Of a stretch of DNA of 64,000 nucleotides, positions 1-14,149 are shown one piece after another. The notes under the pieces are model-generated. The model worked only from the letters and a program-made list of their open reading frames with translations. It was not told the DNA's origin and ran no database searches. Made by a program: the position numbers and the translations under genes. The stretch spans positions 24,428,001-24,492,000 of the forward strand of contig OX597821.1 of assembly GCA_951406725.2 (NCBI GenBank), read 5' to 3'. Source of the DNA: Octopus vulgaris (lineage: Eukaryota). Each line of letters starts with the position of its first letter. The stretch's first letter is position 1.

Positions 1-58
<58 letters not shown>

Positions 59-1389
59 TTGAAAGAATGAGTAGAGATGGCTTCTTTGAGGGGATAATTT
101 TTAAACAACTGTTTATCTATAAAAGAGAGAATATGTGTGTGTGTGTGTGTGTGTGTACGTAAATGTAATTTATGCACGTCCACAAATTAGAACGCAGGTC
201 GCTTCAATTTTAGGAGGACATTCATCACGACCCTAGCTGGGTTTTGTCAACTTATTTTTCCCGAGACACCCATGGATAGTAGTAAAATTCGATTATCAAC
301 CATAATTTTTATCAATTTTGAAATTTGCTAACATGAGTTAAGTCCCTTCGTGCCATAGAGAAGTGAAACTGTGAGCGTGTGTTGTGTGTGTGAGGGTGAG
401 AGTTGTGAATTGATGTTATGTGTGTGTGAGGAAAGAGAGAGAGTTTGACACCGTCTAACAAAAAAAAAATGTAAAGAAAAAGTGTGTGTGAGGGAGAGGG
501 GAAAGAGTTTCACAGCATCTAATAAAAAAGTTAAAGACAAAATGTGTTTGAGGGAGAGAGGGTAAGTGACAGCGTTCACCAAAAATAAAAATGTAAGATG
601 TTTTTTTTTTCTTAAACATGAGATATAGTTTTCAAATTTAGGATGTTTTTGAAAGACACTACATTTTAGAATCAGATTATATATACTTTCTCTCACAACA
701 ATTAAAATATATTTATTTTAAATCACTTATTTATTGTAAATCGTTCATCTTTCTTCCCGCCTCTCATCTCTCACACACAATACTTTGGGTGCGAAAGAGT
801 TTTGTTTTTATTTGACGCCAAGGAAAAATGTGTTTTGTTGAGAATCCATTTATTTAACCAGAAAGAAACAAAGAAGTACGTAATAATTTGTCAGTGAATT
901 ACACAATATAAATGGGTAAAATTTCCGAGGCCTCCACCCCACCCACCCCGTTTTTCGAACCACAAAATGGTTTTGTAGTATATTAGGAGGCCAGGGTAGC
1001 TGATACCGCGCAAAAAATCCGATTTTTTTTTTGTCCTAGTGAAAATCATGCGAGTGTTATCTAAAAATTTACTTGCAGTTTTTCAAGGTAAATTTGAGAT
1101 TGAAAAAAGGTGTTTTCCATATTCTTAATCTCCGTATTTTCCCACGAACATCGAAAAATTGATGGTAAAAAGATCAATGAGTGTAGGGGGTGAAATTTCC
1201 GAGGCTTCCACCAAACCACCTCGTTTTTCGGACCACAAAAAGGGTTTTGTAGCATATTAGGAGTCCACGCAAAAAATCTGATTTTTTTCTTCTTGATGAA
1301 AATCGTGCGAGTGTTAATCTAAAATATACCAACATTTTTTTCATTCATTTCTGTTTATGAAATTCTCTGTAAGTAATTTTGCTTTCTCG

Positions 1390-1935
1390 GTAGTCAAGGC
1401 AAATGATGATTGACAAAGCAACGATACCTTAATGCTGACATTGGATACGATGAGCTGATCTATAATAATGCGCTGATTGAAATCAAGGATGCCTTGCTCA
1501 AAATGGGAGGGGCGGCATCGAATACATTCGGTTTGCCATCCTCATTGCGACAAGACGCTAACAGACTCGCACCAAAGCTACTTCTGGAGTTGCCGTATGA
1601 TGCCGATGGCCTTGAGTACCTGAGAGTAAATGAACCGAAATTGCTCCCTGATCAGAGGCTGACTTACGAAACTGTCGTCAGTGCCGTTGAAAAACGGGCG
1701 GACGGCATCTTTTTCCTCGAAGATCCTGGAGGTGCCGTCAAAGACTTTGTAATTCATCGCGAGAAACAAATTTCGCTAGCCGTTACCTCTTCGGGAATCG
1801 CTGCTACGTGTTGCCGGGAGGTAGGACGGCGCACTCGGCATCCAGGCTGCCTTTGAATTTGGTGAGGGTCGAGGTTCCTACTTGCAACGTTGGCAAAAAT
1901 TCAGAGGAAGTTGAAGTTCTCAGACAGTGCCGTGT
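1390..1935 (+). mobile_element. Helitron RepHel PIF1-helicase fragment (frameshifted)
   Basis: IFFLEDPGG (degenerate Walker A region) and LAVTSSGIAATxLPGGRTAHS...LPLNL...TCNV are PIF1/Helitron motifs. The upstream 900-1330 region has a duplicated subterminal-type unit. Confidence 0.85.
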
Positions 1936-2049
1936 CCCTTGTTTTCATTGGAGCCCCCCCCACTTGTCAGAAAACAGCTTCAAAAGTTGTGAAGAAAGAA
2001 TTTGTACGTAGTCTGTTTCTGAGCTATTCTATTGGACCTCTGTCTAATT

Positions 2050-2990
2050 ATTAAAACATGTTGGTGAAATCCTCTTAAATAGTTAAGAGACCTGAAAGTG
2101 ACCTGTTGTGGTTGTAATAGTAGTGATTGGAATTATTCTGAATAAATTCATGGGTAGTGACTGTTCTGAATATATCGTTTTTAATATATTTGCGTGGATA
2201 TTATTCTAAGACCCTTGTAATAGAGTTATTTGTGGTGGGCGCATTCAAAAGGGGCTTATATTTTGTGATAAAATTTGACTCTTTACTGATGCGCTGACTA
2301 CAGGTTGCATCGTCCCTGACTTTATAGAGGGGAAAGATTCTGAAGCTGAGTTGTTTGTTAGTGGTGCAAATGTCGATGTGTTCGCTGAATGCTATTTTTC
2401 TGTATTACTGAATCTTGATCTGGGAAATATGTAGAGCCATCCTTTGACGTAGACTGCTTTTGGTTTCGCTCATGTATTGCTCTCGACATCCAAAGCAAGT
2501 TAATACATATATTAAGTTCTCCGAAGCACATTTGAAGCTGTTTTTCACTGTAAAACGTTGACCCTGTTTGAAAGAGAACTACGATCCTTCAATTAAGGAG
2601 ACTTTTCATAGATTTGGTTTATCTTTTTCTCTTTATGACGGTGTGCTTTTGGAGGATTAAATTCATTCTGTGGTCCCTTTTTATTAGGGGAATGTTCTGG
2701 AGCGTCGAAGGCTTCATTGTTAAGAGAGTTGTGTGGAGATGTATTGTAGGGCTTTTGGTTGTAAATCCTTCTTTGATTTTGGATGCCTAAGTTCGTGGCT
2801 GTTGAGTTATAGGGCATGTTGAAAGCCTATATCAATTTGTGATGGTGGGTGGTTCCTGGTAATGAGTATATCCTTTAGATCATGTAGTCGTGTGTCCATG
2901 GTGCTTGTATTAGAAACTATAGTACAAATCCTTTTTGCTTGGTTGAAAGATATTCATTCTAATGTGTCTGTGGTGGCATGAATGGCATGA
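2050..2990 (-). mobile_element. Decayed Penelope-like element (GIY-YIG C-terminal part)
   Basis: The - strand gives HIDICTTNKQLSFRIFPLYK...RISKESNFITKYKPLLN, typical of the PLE endonuclease C-terminus. Multiple stops. Confidence 0.6.
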
Positions 2991-3270
2991 GTCTCTGGTG
3001 GTATAAATCGATAATTGGAAACATGCGAATTAACTCGAAAAACGACCGAACTCAAAAGAATCTTTAAAACTTTATTAGTATATGTATATTTATTAATATA
3101 TAACTCTTGAAGGGATGATTACATCCAAGATTACATTGGTTTTATACCTTATATTGGTGGGGTGGGGGACATATACACAAAGTAATACACTAAATAATAA
3201 AAACAATTTCACATATTTAGTTTGTTGGAAGAACAAATTGTTCATCATGTAATTCTTTAATGTCTAATAT

Positions 3271-3366
3271 TTCCCTGATGATATTTTGCTAATAACTTAT
3301 GAATGCAAATTTATGTAATAAATTTGTAATTCATTAATTGAGAATTAATTGAAACAGTTGTAGGAA
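3271..3366 (+). ncRNA. Type I hammerhead ribozyme motif
   Basis: TTCC-CTGATGA-(long AT-rich stem II region)-GAAA-CAGTTG-TA-GGAA; GUA cleavage triplet. Confidence 0.55.
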
Positions 3367-3519
3367 TGATTATCAATAAGTTAAATTAATTATTAACCAT
3401 TAACTCTTAATTTTATTCTTTTAATTGATGCTATATATACATACATACATACATGCATACATACATGCTTACATATATATATAACTGATAAGAGTAGGTA
3501 TTAGACCTTGATCATAATC

Positions 3520-3569
<50 letters not shown>

Positions 3570-4649
3570 TTAAATTAATTATTTTTTGTTTATTTTTAGT
3601 AGTTTTGACCGCATTGGTCCCTCTTAGCGTGTTGGTATCTACGAATAGTAGTACCCTCAATATAATATAAAATAATATAATATATATATATATATATATA
3701 TACACTGTGATAAAATATAATAATGTAATGATTGTTTTCAAATTTTGGTACAAGGCTTGCAATTTCGGGGGAGGGATTAAGAAGATTATATGAACCCCAG
3801 TGTTCAAATGGGACTTAATTTATCGACTCCGACAGGATGAAAGTGAACATCAGCATCGGTAGTATCAGCATTTGAACTCAGAATGTAAAGAAGTATGAAA
3901 GCCGCTAGACATTTTGTCCGGGGCGCTAACGATCCTGCCTGCTCGCCAGCTTGCCACATTGACCACAAAGTCAATTAATTGCTGATAGGACATTACAAAG
4001 ACAAATTACAAAAGAGTAGTTGTTGTTGGGGAGATGTTCGTTAAAACAGATATTAGGACAGGCATAATAAAAACAGTATAAAAGGACTGGCACTTGATGT
4101 TGAACAGAATCCCGCAGTTCCTGCCACCTGTGAAGATAAAGAAAAACTTTAATAAAAATCACTAATATCATGTTACATAAAGAAACTGGGATGGGATAAT
4201 TAAAGCAGACTAAGAAATACCACAGAATTGATGCAACTATACAGTACAACACACACATGAAAGAATAAGGTTAGGAAGAATATTAGAGACACGTAACGTA
4301 TATACTTAAAACACCTAAGTGCAACACATTGGTGGTAGGTATTAATACTATAATTGTTGTAGTAATTAGCTATGGGTATGATGTAATATTCTGAAATGAA
4401 TGCAAATTGAATTTTAAAATACAGCCAGGAATACAAATAAAATAATAACTGTATTGAGAATACACCACTCAAAACCTAACACAGAACGATTAAATTTATC
4501 ACTAATACAGGGTCTTCTGTAACTAGAAAACGATAATATATATATATATATATTTAAAATTGAATAAGGGTAGAAATTGATATTAATCAATTAAAACCAG
4601 TGGCACAGCATATTAAAAAAATCCGAAGATTAAAATATTTTTTACATAC

Positions 4650-5119
4650 AAAATTTAAAGGACTGACCACTAAAAGTGGACAGTCAATATGCTAGATATA
4701 GACGTCAAAATCGCTATTTTCCACGAAGAATGTGTTCTCAAGAAAAAACTCAGCAAAAAACCAAAGTGTAAAAAATAAGCAAGACAAATGAAAATATACG
4801 AAATAAAAAACGATTACCTATGTACTAATCTGCAAGATCATCAGCATAGTCTGTCGTTCACAAATCATAATTCCCAGAACTAGATACAGAACGCTTGACC
4901 GGAATCCCGCATGCATAGAGTTCAACAAATTATATTTATGTGTATCTTTCAAATGCCTTCACTGTGGCGCGCTGAGATCGGAAATCTACTCTGCAGTTAA
5001 TAAATTACAGCGGTCAATTTACCGGTTAGAGAACATTTTTTTTATTATTCGTGGAAAATAGCGATTTTGACGTCTATATCTAGCATATTAACTGTCCACT
5101 TTCAGTGATCAGTCCTTTA

Positions 5120-5125
<6 letters not shown>
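4650..5125. mobile_element. Inverted-repeat element (about 80-bp arms) with a degenerate hammerhead, probably a PLE pLTR remnant
   Basis: 4650-4728 and 5047-5125 are reverse complements. The - strand has ctatg-CTGATGA...GTA-catag at 4818-4849, lacking GAAA. Confidence 0.55.
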
Positions 5126-5166
<41 letters not shown>

Positions 5167-6038
5167 AAGTTCCAAACATATCTAGAAGAAAGTGAAACAG
5201 TGACAAATAGCGACATTATCACAACGAAAACTATTGTCTATGTTCTAGGAAACCAAGAAATATAATTTAAGAGTTGAGATAAGAGAGAATAGTTATGAAG
5301 GTAGAGAAATAACAGAAATTGTTAACAATTCAATACGGAGTTGAAAATCGGTTAACAGAATGTCATTTTAAAACGATTACAAGATAAAACCCTGCATAAG
5401 CAATATCTTACAAGATTAAATAAAGCAGAAGCGAGAGTTATTTCTTTTTAAAAATGTACTGGCTGCAAAGCGAAATTACTTAAATTTTAAGACTGAACAT
5501 TGGTAGATTACTTATTAATACAAGACCAAAAGCTTCCTTCTGGGAACAGCCAGAATTATATAATTTCAAATTTTGGCAAAAAGCCAACATTTCTAGGAAG
5601 AACGGAAAGTTGACCCTAATCTTTAACTGGTGCTTAACCAAAGATGAAAGGATGAAAGGTCAAGCTGAACACAAAATGTAAAGCTCGATGAAATGCTGCT
5701 AAGCACTTTTCCGGAGGGCAAACGAGTCTGAAATTTCACCGCCGTAACAGTCCTTTCTCCTATAGGCACAAGGTCGGAAATTTTGTGCAAGGGGCTACTC
5801 GATAATGTTAACCCCAGTGCTCAAATTGTACCTTCCTTATCGACCTCAAAAGAGTCAAAGACAAAGTCGACCTCGGCGGAATATCACCACCATAACAATA
5901 ATAATACTTTCGACATCTTTGTACACACACATACACATATGCATATACGCACACATATCAATATACATACATGTAGGTATATACATACTTATATGCATAA
6001 ACATATATAATTACATATATATACTAATGCTTATGTAT

Positions 6039-6081
<43 letters not shown>

Positions 6082-6792
6082 AATATATATATATATACGT
6101 ACATAAATATGTGTTTTTATTTACACACACACACACACAAACAAACAAACACACACACACACACACACGTATGCACACATAATTCCAATTTTTGGAATCA
6201 TGACCTTAAATTGAACCTCTTTTGCTCTTAGACATAAAGACTACATTATTACTCTTTTATTCGTTTCCCTTAATTCTTTTGATAACGTAAAAATACTACC
6301 CACCCCACCCCTTTACTTAATTGGTGTAAAAGGAATTTTCTCATTTGTTTCCTCGTTCTGTCAACCAACTTAAGTTGGTATATAGTATCGAACTCAATTA
6401 CTATACTCCTCTGTTGGTTTCAACTCTATTATACATTTTCTTACGTAACGATTATCGTACAACGTTGTGGTGTTTGCTAGCGAAACACGTTGTAATAGAA
6501 ACATTTAAGCAAACTCTCGCGTTTTATTCAACTCCCTTATATACATAGACACACACACAGACGCACACATGTAAAGAGATAGGACAGAAAGAGAGAGAGA
6601 GGGGGAGGGAGGGAGGAAGAGAGAGAAGGACACAAGTATATCAAACACCATGCAACGTAGATTCATGGTTTATTAAAATTATCTGTCTCGAGAGGATGTC
6701 GCAATCATCAAATGGCAACAGAGTCCAGCTCCATGTTAGAAGGAGAGATGATCAAGAATTTTCCAAACTTGCCATGCAATATCACACACACA

Positions 6793-6883
<91 letters not shown>

Positions 6884-6938
6884 GCACACATTCTTAATCT
6901 TACACACAATCGTTGTAAGAGGGGAAAACGACACATAC

Positions 6939-7449
6939 CGTTATATTGTTTTGTGTAGTTCGAAGAAGATGTAAAGTTGCCTGGGCATTCACAATATTCT
7001 TTGTTTCCTTCAAAAATACAATTGCCAATTGAGCAGTCCCTCAGGCAAAGCTCAGAGCAGTATTCTCCTGTACATGGTTGTTTGGAGTAACATGACATAT
7101 ATCCGTCCTCGTCAAAACCACAAAAGCCAGTGACACACTTGTCACAAAAGTACTGTTCTTTGTAACTTAACTTACGGCACTGTAAACTACTATTATATAT
7201 TACATACATTTCACCGTTTCCACAATGAGTCGAATTCATGGTACAGATCTTGGGTGAAACAAACGAAGGTTGAGACGTCCCTTTTTTGGTGTGGTTCTCG
7301 ACGTCATCTTCAATGTTGTTATTGTTGCTGTTGTTGTTCGTGGTTGTGTTGTTGCTGTCGTTGTTCTTGACATTAACGGTGCTAGTGTTGATATACATCA
7401 GACATGCCATCAATGTGACAATAAGTAAGAGTACAGCTTCTTTCTTCAT
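6939..7449 (-). CDS. Paralogous EGF-ectodomain exon (gene B): signal peptide, one 4-Cys module, 2 degenerate EGF domains
   Basis: MKKEAVLLLIVTLMACL...SPKICTMNSTHCGNGEMYV...CECPGNFTSSSNY aligns with gene A. Donor AACG|GTATGT at 6938 is at the same position and phase (1). Flanking UTR and intron are homologous to gene A in inverted orientation. Confidence 0.8.
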
Positions 7450-7960
7450 AGTTTCTTCTACAGATATGATGCTATGTTGCTGCGATGTTGTTTGGCCGAG
7501 TGTACAACAGAGAATGATCCTGGTGCCAAGCTATTGAGGAGCACTTATCAACACAAATAATATCTGTTACACGGAAAAACACAAAAGATACACTATTCAT
7601 ATTGATGGTGGTGAGCTGGCAGTGGTGGTGGGATTAATAGTGGCGCAGGTCATTATAGTGGTATTATATATGCATGTATGTATGTATGTATGTATGTATG
7701 AAGGTAGGTATATATACTCTTTACAGTCAAATGACTGAAACAAGTAAAAGAGTTTACTCTTTTACTTGTTTCAGTCATTTGACTGTGGCCATGCTGGGGC
7801 ACCGCCTTTTAGTCGAGTAAATCGACCCCAGGACTTATTCATTGTAAGCCGAGTACTTATTCTATCGGTCTCTTTTGCCGAACCGCTAAGTTACGGGGAC
7901 GTAAACACACGAGCATGGTTGTCAAGCGATGTTGGGGGACAAACATAGACACACCACCAT

Positions 7961-8044
<84 letters not shown>

Positions 8045-8374
8045 TTACGAAGGGCTTCTTTCAGTTTCCGTCTACAAAATCCACTCACAGGGCTTTGTTT
8101 TCGTATACATTCGCTGCTTTCTTCCAAGGAATCTACTGCTCTTAGCTTAGTTTTTCCTTGGGGCTGGCCAGATTGGAGCAATCTCGAGTATAACCAGCCG
8201 AAATTGCAAAGATAACCTGGAACTCGACTGAGGAAAGAAAACTCCGAATGACCCGTCCTTGTTTCCCTTTTTGTATTATCTGTCTGGATGTTTTGCGTTC
8301 TTGTCCTATTTTTTGTATTTGGTCTCTTATATGCAATCTTATATGTAAGTACACACACACACACATAGACACAT

Positions 8375-8486
<112 letters not shown>

Positions 8487-8589
8487 TGTACGACTTTCTT
8501 TGTTTCTATCAGCTCCTTCACACTTACTTCGTTTTTTCACTCTTTCTTTTGTTTCCCATCTCTCAAATTCCCTGGCTTTCTCTTCATTT

Positions 8590-9322
8590 GGAAGAAGGCA
8601 GCCTGGGTCAAACGCTTCTTTTGGCTGTCCCCACATGTATAATCGGCCGGTTGTCGGAAATAAGGTAAAGGATGACTCGTCCGAGAAAATAACATTCTTC
8701 CACTGCTCAAGGGACCTATTTTGTAGGTTTTTACTCCACTCTAAACGCTTTGCAATGTTTGTTTTTGAAAATAGTGGTTTTCTGATTGCAGCCCTCCAGT
8801 GAAATCAGGCTTTGTGCAGCTCCCGGCGAACAGATTTTGTGGAAACTGGGTTCTCGAGGTGGTCGTTAAGCCCTGCAATAATTTTAGGAGCAGTAATTTT
8901 GTGATCCTTTCTAACAATTCGTGTAAGAGTCCGACGGTCTCTATTTGAAAGTTTTGGTTTTCTCCCAGAGTTTTGTTTTGACGAGGAGGTTTTCCCCTCT
9001 TTCTCAAAGGCTGTCATTACTTTCGAGATAGTACTTCTGATACACTAAGCATTTCGGCAGTTTTCGTTACGCTAGCGCCTGTCATACGAGCACCAACAAT
9101 TTGACCTCTTTGAAAGTCCGAGAGATCTGTCATTTTAATGAATAAAATTACCTTTTTCTGATGGTGTCTGAAAAAGAAACAGCAATTTTAGCAAAACATA
9201 TTAAGCAACATTAATAATAAACCAAAAAAAACAAAAAAAAAAAATAGTATACCAATAAACAAGCTTTTGACGGTTTTATAGATATTTCGAAATTATTATG
9301 CTATGATTTTGTCCAACCCCTG
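8590..9322 (-). mobile_element. Tc1-family transposon, 5' half
   Basis: TIR TA|CAGGGGTTGGACAAAATC. MTDLSDFQRGQIVGAR...SGRKPKLSNRDRR...WKNVIFSDES with frameshifts. Confidence 0.9.
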
Positions 9323-9407
9323 TACATACATACATACATACATACATACATACATACATACATACATACATACATACATACATACATACACATGCACACC
9401 CATAGAC

Positions 9408-9438
<31 letters not shown>

Positions 9439-9472
9439 CATACATACATACACATACACCCATAGACTATAC

Positions 9473-9556
<84 letters not shown>

Positions 9557-9623
9557 TAAACACCCATATATGCAATCGGACATACTGCCATTGGTATATT
9601 TGCACAACATATGATAATATATA

Positions 9624-10333
9624 TTGGGTTGTCCGGAAAGTTCGTGCGGATTTATAATAGCTTACCTTTCGACTTATTTTAGAACATGGTTGAGTCCATA
9701 AAATAGGATTTGACTACACGTCCATTTAGAACACAGTTTAAGCTATCTTTTCGGGGAAGTTTTATGTTCCTATAACCTGTGTTAATTCTGCAACCCTTTA
9801 AAATGGAAGATAAGAAAGTTCATTTTCGGCACTTGATTCTTTTCTTTTTCCGTAAAGGGAAAATACCTCACAAGCAACCAAAGAAATATGCGCAGTTTAC
9901 GGTGATGTGTCTTTATCCGAAAGAACTGTACGGAAGTGGTTTGTGAAGTTCCAAGCTGGAGATTGTAGCCTTATTGATAAAGAGCGATCAGACAGACCAT
10001 CCACTACAGATGATGAGCAAATCAAGTCATTAACTGAGAATAACCCAAATTGCACAACCCGAGAATTGGCAGAAAGCCTCAACCTATCAAAATCCGTCAT
10101 TCATGAGGACCTGGTAAAGCTTGGGTACACAAATCGCTACGATGTTTGGGTATCACATGAATTGAATGAGAAGAAACTTTTAGATCGCATTTCCATCTGT
10201 GATTCACTTTATAAACGGAATGAAAACGCGCTTTTTAAAAGCATAATTGTGACAGGTGATGAGAAATGTATTATCTACCGAAATGTTCAGAGAAAGCGAT
10301 CCTGGAGTAAGCGACATGAATCACCCTTAGACA
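9624..10333 (+). mobile_element. mariner transposon, 5' half
   Basis: TIR TA|TTGGGTTGTCCGGAAAG. TVRKWFVKF...WVSHELNE...IVTGDEK. Truncated by a Helitron-like insert at 10334. Confidence 0.9.
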
Positions 10334-10776
10334 CTAGCAAAATAAGAAATAATGATAGACTTTATCAATCGCATTCTCACTTGGAATCGATTTTTGTAAT
10401 TTTTTTCAAGACTTATACACGCCCTGATACAGTCGGTATCTACATATCAAATTTGAGCGCAATCGGATGGAGGATGCCCGAGATCCTAGAAGACACACAA
10501 ACAGACAGACAGAACGGATTTTATATAATAGATATATATATATATATATTTCTTTATTGCCCACAAGGGGCTATACATAGAGAGGACAAACAAGGACAGA
10601 CAAAGGGATTAAGTCGATTACATCGACCCCAGTGCGAATCTGGTACTTTTATTTATCGACCCCGAAAGGATGAAAGGCAAAGTCGACCTCGGCGGAATTT
10701 GAACTCAGAACGTAACGACAGACGAAATACCGCTAAGCATTCCGTCCGGCGCGCTAACGTGTCTGCCAGCTCGCCT

Positions 10777-10816
<40 letters not shown>

Positions 10817-11500
10817 GATGCATGCATGTGTGTGTGTGTATGTATGGATGCATTTGTGTGTGTGTATGTATGGATGCATGTGTGTGTGTATGTATGGATG
10901 CATGTGTGTGTGTGTGTATTTATGTGTATGCATACACGTATAAACTTATATATATGTGTGTGTACGTATGCCTATCTATGTGCAAACATATGATCAATGA
11001 CACACGTATGCGTAACTATGTATTCGATGTTCATGTCCCCAAATCTTAATGGATTAATCTAAAATATGCATTTATATATACTAATCAATAACGGTCGATC
11101 AGTAAGTTTCACTAGAAACGCCTATTACAATGGTTATGTTTACAATTTTCATCCATTCTCCATCCTCCATCCTCATCATGTCATATCTATCATTAAACAA
11201 ATAAGAATAATCTATAGGTTTTATTTTTAGTCTATTTTATCTTATTTTATTTTATACTATTTGGTTTTCTGTTTTTATGTTTTTACTGTCATTTTTATTT
11301 TTTTAATCTTTAACTTGATTTTAATTTTTATGCATACTTTATTTGTCTTCAAATTATAATATATAGTATATTCACAAATATATAAAACCCATGAATCAAA
11401 TACACTTACAATATATAGCTTTTATCCTTTTAAACCCACTTATACTCTACGCATCCTTCAAAAGAAAAATGATTACCAAAGATCCATGAGCACTATATTA

Positions 11501-11615
11501 AACCTGAAGATGTCCTACCACCATATGGTTAGAATATGGTAACCTTCTCAGCATTAAATCGAATGCTTGGAAACTCTAGTCAACTAGGTGATAGGACTGA
11601 AACATATATGTAGGT
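11501..11615 (+). ncRNA. Type I hammerhead ribozyme motif
   Basis: CTGAAGA, stem II gtccta/taggac, GAAA, palindromic stem III ACATATATGT, GUA triplet; weak stem I. Confidence 0.55.
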
Positions 11616-12330
11616 ACTTTATTTTATTTTATTGCAATCAATTTATTTATACTGCTATTTTTTTTAAAGAAATCTTTTATTTTATTGTAACAAATAAATT
11701 ATTCATTCAGCCATTTCTTCTCCATTTTCTTCTTGTTTTTCCTCATATATATGTATGTGTGTGTGTGTATGTGTGTGTGTTTGTGTTTGTGTGTGTGTGT
11801 GTGTATGTGTGTGTGTATGTGTGTGTGTGCGTTTGTATTTGTATGTGTGTGTTATCACCAAGTTAACATGGCAGTCCACGAAAATAGGACGAATGCTGCC
11901 GTTGATTAGCTCCAAGAGGCCATCGCCTCTAGCTAGCTATGAGACACACAAACCTCCATCAAATGTAAATAATGTCAATAATGAAAATGATAGCTTCCAA
12001 ATTCTGTTTCCTTACTGGGCTACCGCGCAGGTGGACAGTCGAAGTAAATAAATTGACAAAATCCTTTCACTTTTATAAAAGGATTAAAAATGTATGGGAG
12101 ACCCTACATGCAAAACACTATGCCCATTTAGGTCCATTTACGCGGGAGTTCTAGACAAAATGTTATAGTGTATGACAATCCTTCGTAGAATAAAATTTAA
12201 CAGTATTATTTAAAATGAAAACATAACTTATCTTATCGAAGAAATTCTATTGTTTATTGTTAAAACACGTATTTTTATATATTCATTAGTTAATTATAAG
12301 TTAATATACGTACATTTATTATATTGTTTA

Positions 12331-12969
<639 letters not shown>

Positions 12970-13206
12970 TTTACTATTTATCGTTTATGTACTTTATTGA
13001 TTTTTAGAATAATGTTTTCTATAGTATATTTCACTTTTTCTATATGGTGTGAATAGCGTCTTTCACTATTGAATTGTTTAATAGAGGTCTTTCTCTCAAT
13101 TTTACATATATATATAATATATATATATATATATAATATATACATATATATATAATTTAGAATCGCTAAATTGAATTTTTCCCTGTAAGTTTGGAATTAT
13201 ATCCCC

Positions 13207-13275
<69 letters not shown>

Positions 13276-13776
13276 TTATATATATACACGTATATGTATA
13301 TGCTCGTATGTATGTATTTGTTCCTCCACCATCGCTTGACAACCGATGTTGGTATGCTTACGTCCCCATACATTAGAGGTTCAGCAAAACAGACCGATAG
13401 AATAAGTACTAGGCTTACAAAGAATAAATCCTGCGGTCAATTTGTTCGACTAAAAGGCGGTGCTCCAGTACGGCCGTAGTGAAATAACTGAAACAAATAT
13501 AACAATAAAAGAATATATATGTATATCTGAGATGTCTTGTGAAATTCCTAGAGTAACTAGGAATATATATATATATATATATCCTAGAATAACTAGGAAT
13601 ATATATATATATATATAATTAATTAATAAGGGTGAGAGAATTAGATACTAATTTAATAGTATATCTATTCAACACCAAGTGGCCCAGTGCTCCGAGAAAC
13701 CTGGATTATTATAATATTTTATAATATATTATAATATTTTTACAAAATAAATATAAGAGAGTGGTCATCCAGATAG

Positions 13777-13858
13777 TTTTGGCTGAGGAGCTACAAGTGG
13801 ATTTTTTTGTAAGTAAAATTACATTTAATTCATTAATAGCGAAACAATTGTCCCAAAA
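13777..13858 (+). ncRNA. Intact minimal type I hammerhead ribozyme
   Basis: Stem I TTTTGG/CCAAAA, core CTGAGGA, stem II GCTA/TAGC, GAAA, palindromic stem III ACAATTGT, GUC cleavage triplet. Confidence 0.75.
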
Positions 13859-14007
13859 TAATCTGTATTTTTGTTATTTTTTATTTGCCCTGTTCGTGTG
13901 AGCTAACAATCGTACTGACTTTCATGGGAAACATGTATTTTTGTGGTTGAAACCTTTTGGATTAACTAGTGCTAGAGTGAGCCATATAGTGACCACTCTC
14001 TTATATT

Positions 14008-14068
<61 letters not shown>

Positions 14069-14078
14069 TATGTATATG

Positions 14079-14149
<71 letters not shown>

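Larger units (their letters stand above)
3990..7620 (-). repeat. Inverted duplication of the EGF-TIR gene 5' region (pairs with about 26480-32290)
   Basis: Blocks 3990-4540, 5160-5560, 6185-6760 and 6900-7620 are reverse-complement homologs of 31810-32290, 30780-31390, 28040-29745 and 26480-27860. Confidence 0.88.

Noticed and set aside
8155-8260. Tandem hammerhead-like folds (ggctgg/ccagcc-GAAA and CTGAGGA)
   Set aside because: Catalytic cores too degenerate to call.
9907-11049. 380-aa ORF
   Set aside because: Chimeric read-through of mariner, Helitron-like insert, SINE and microsatellite.
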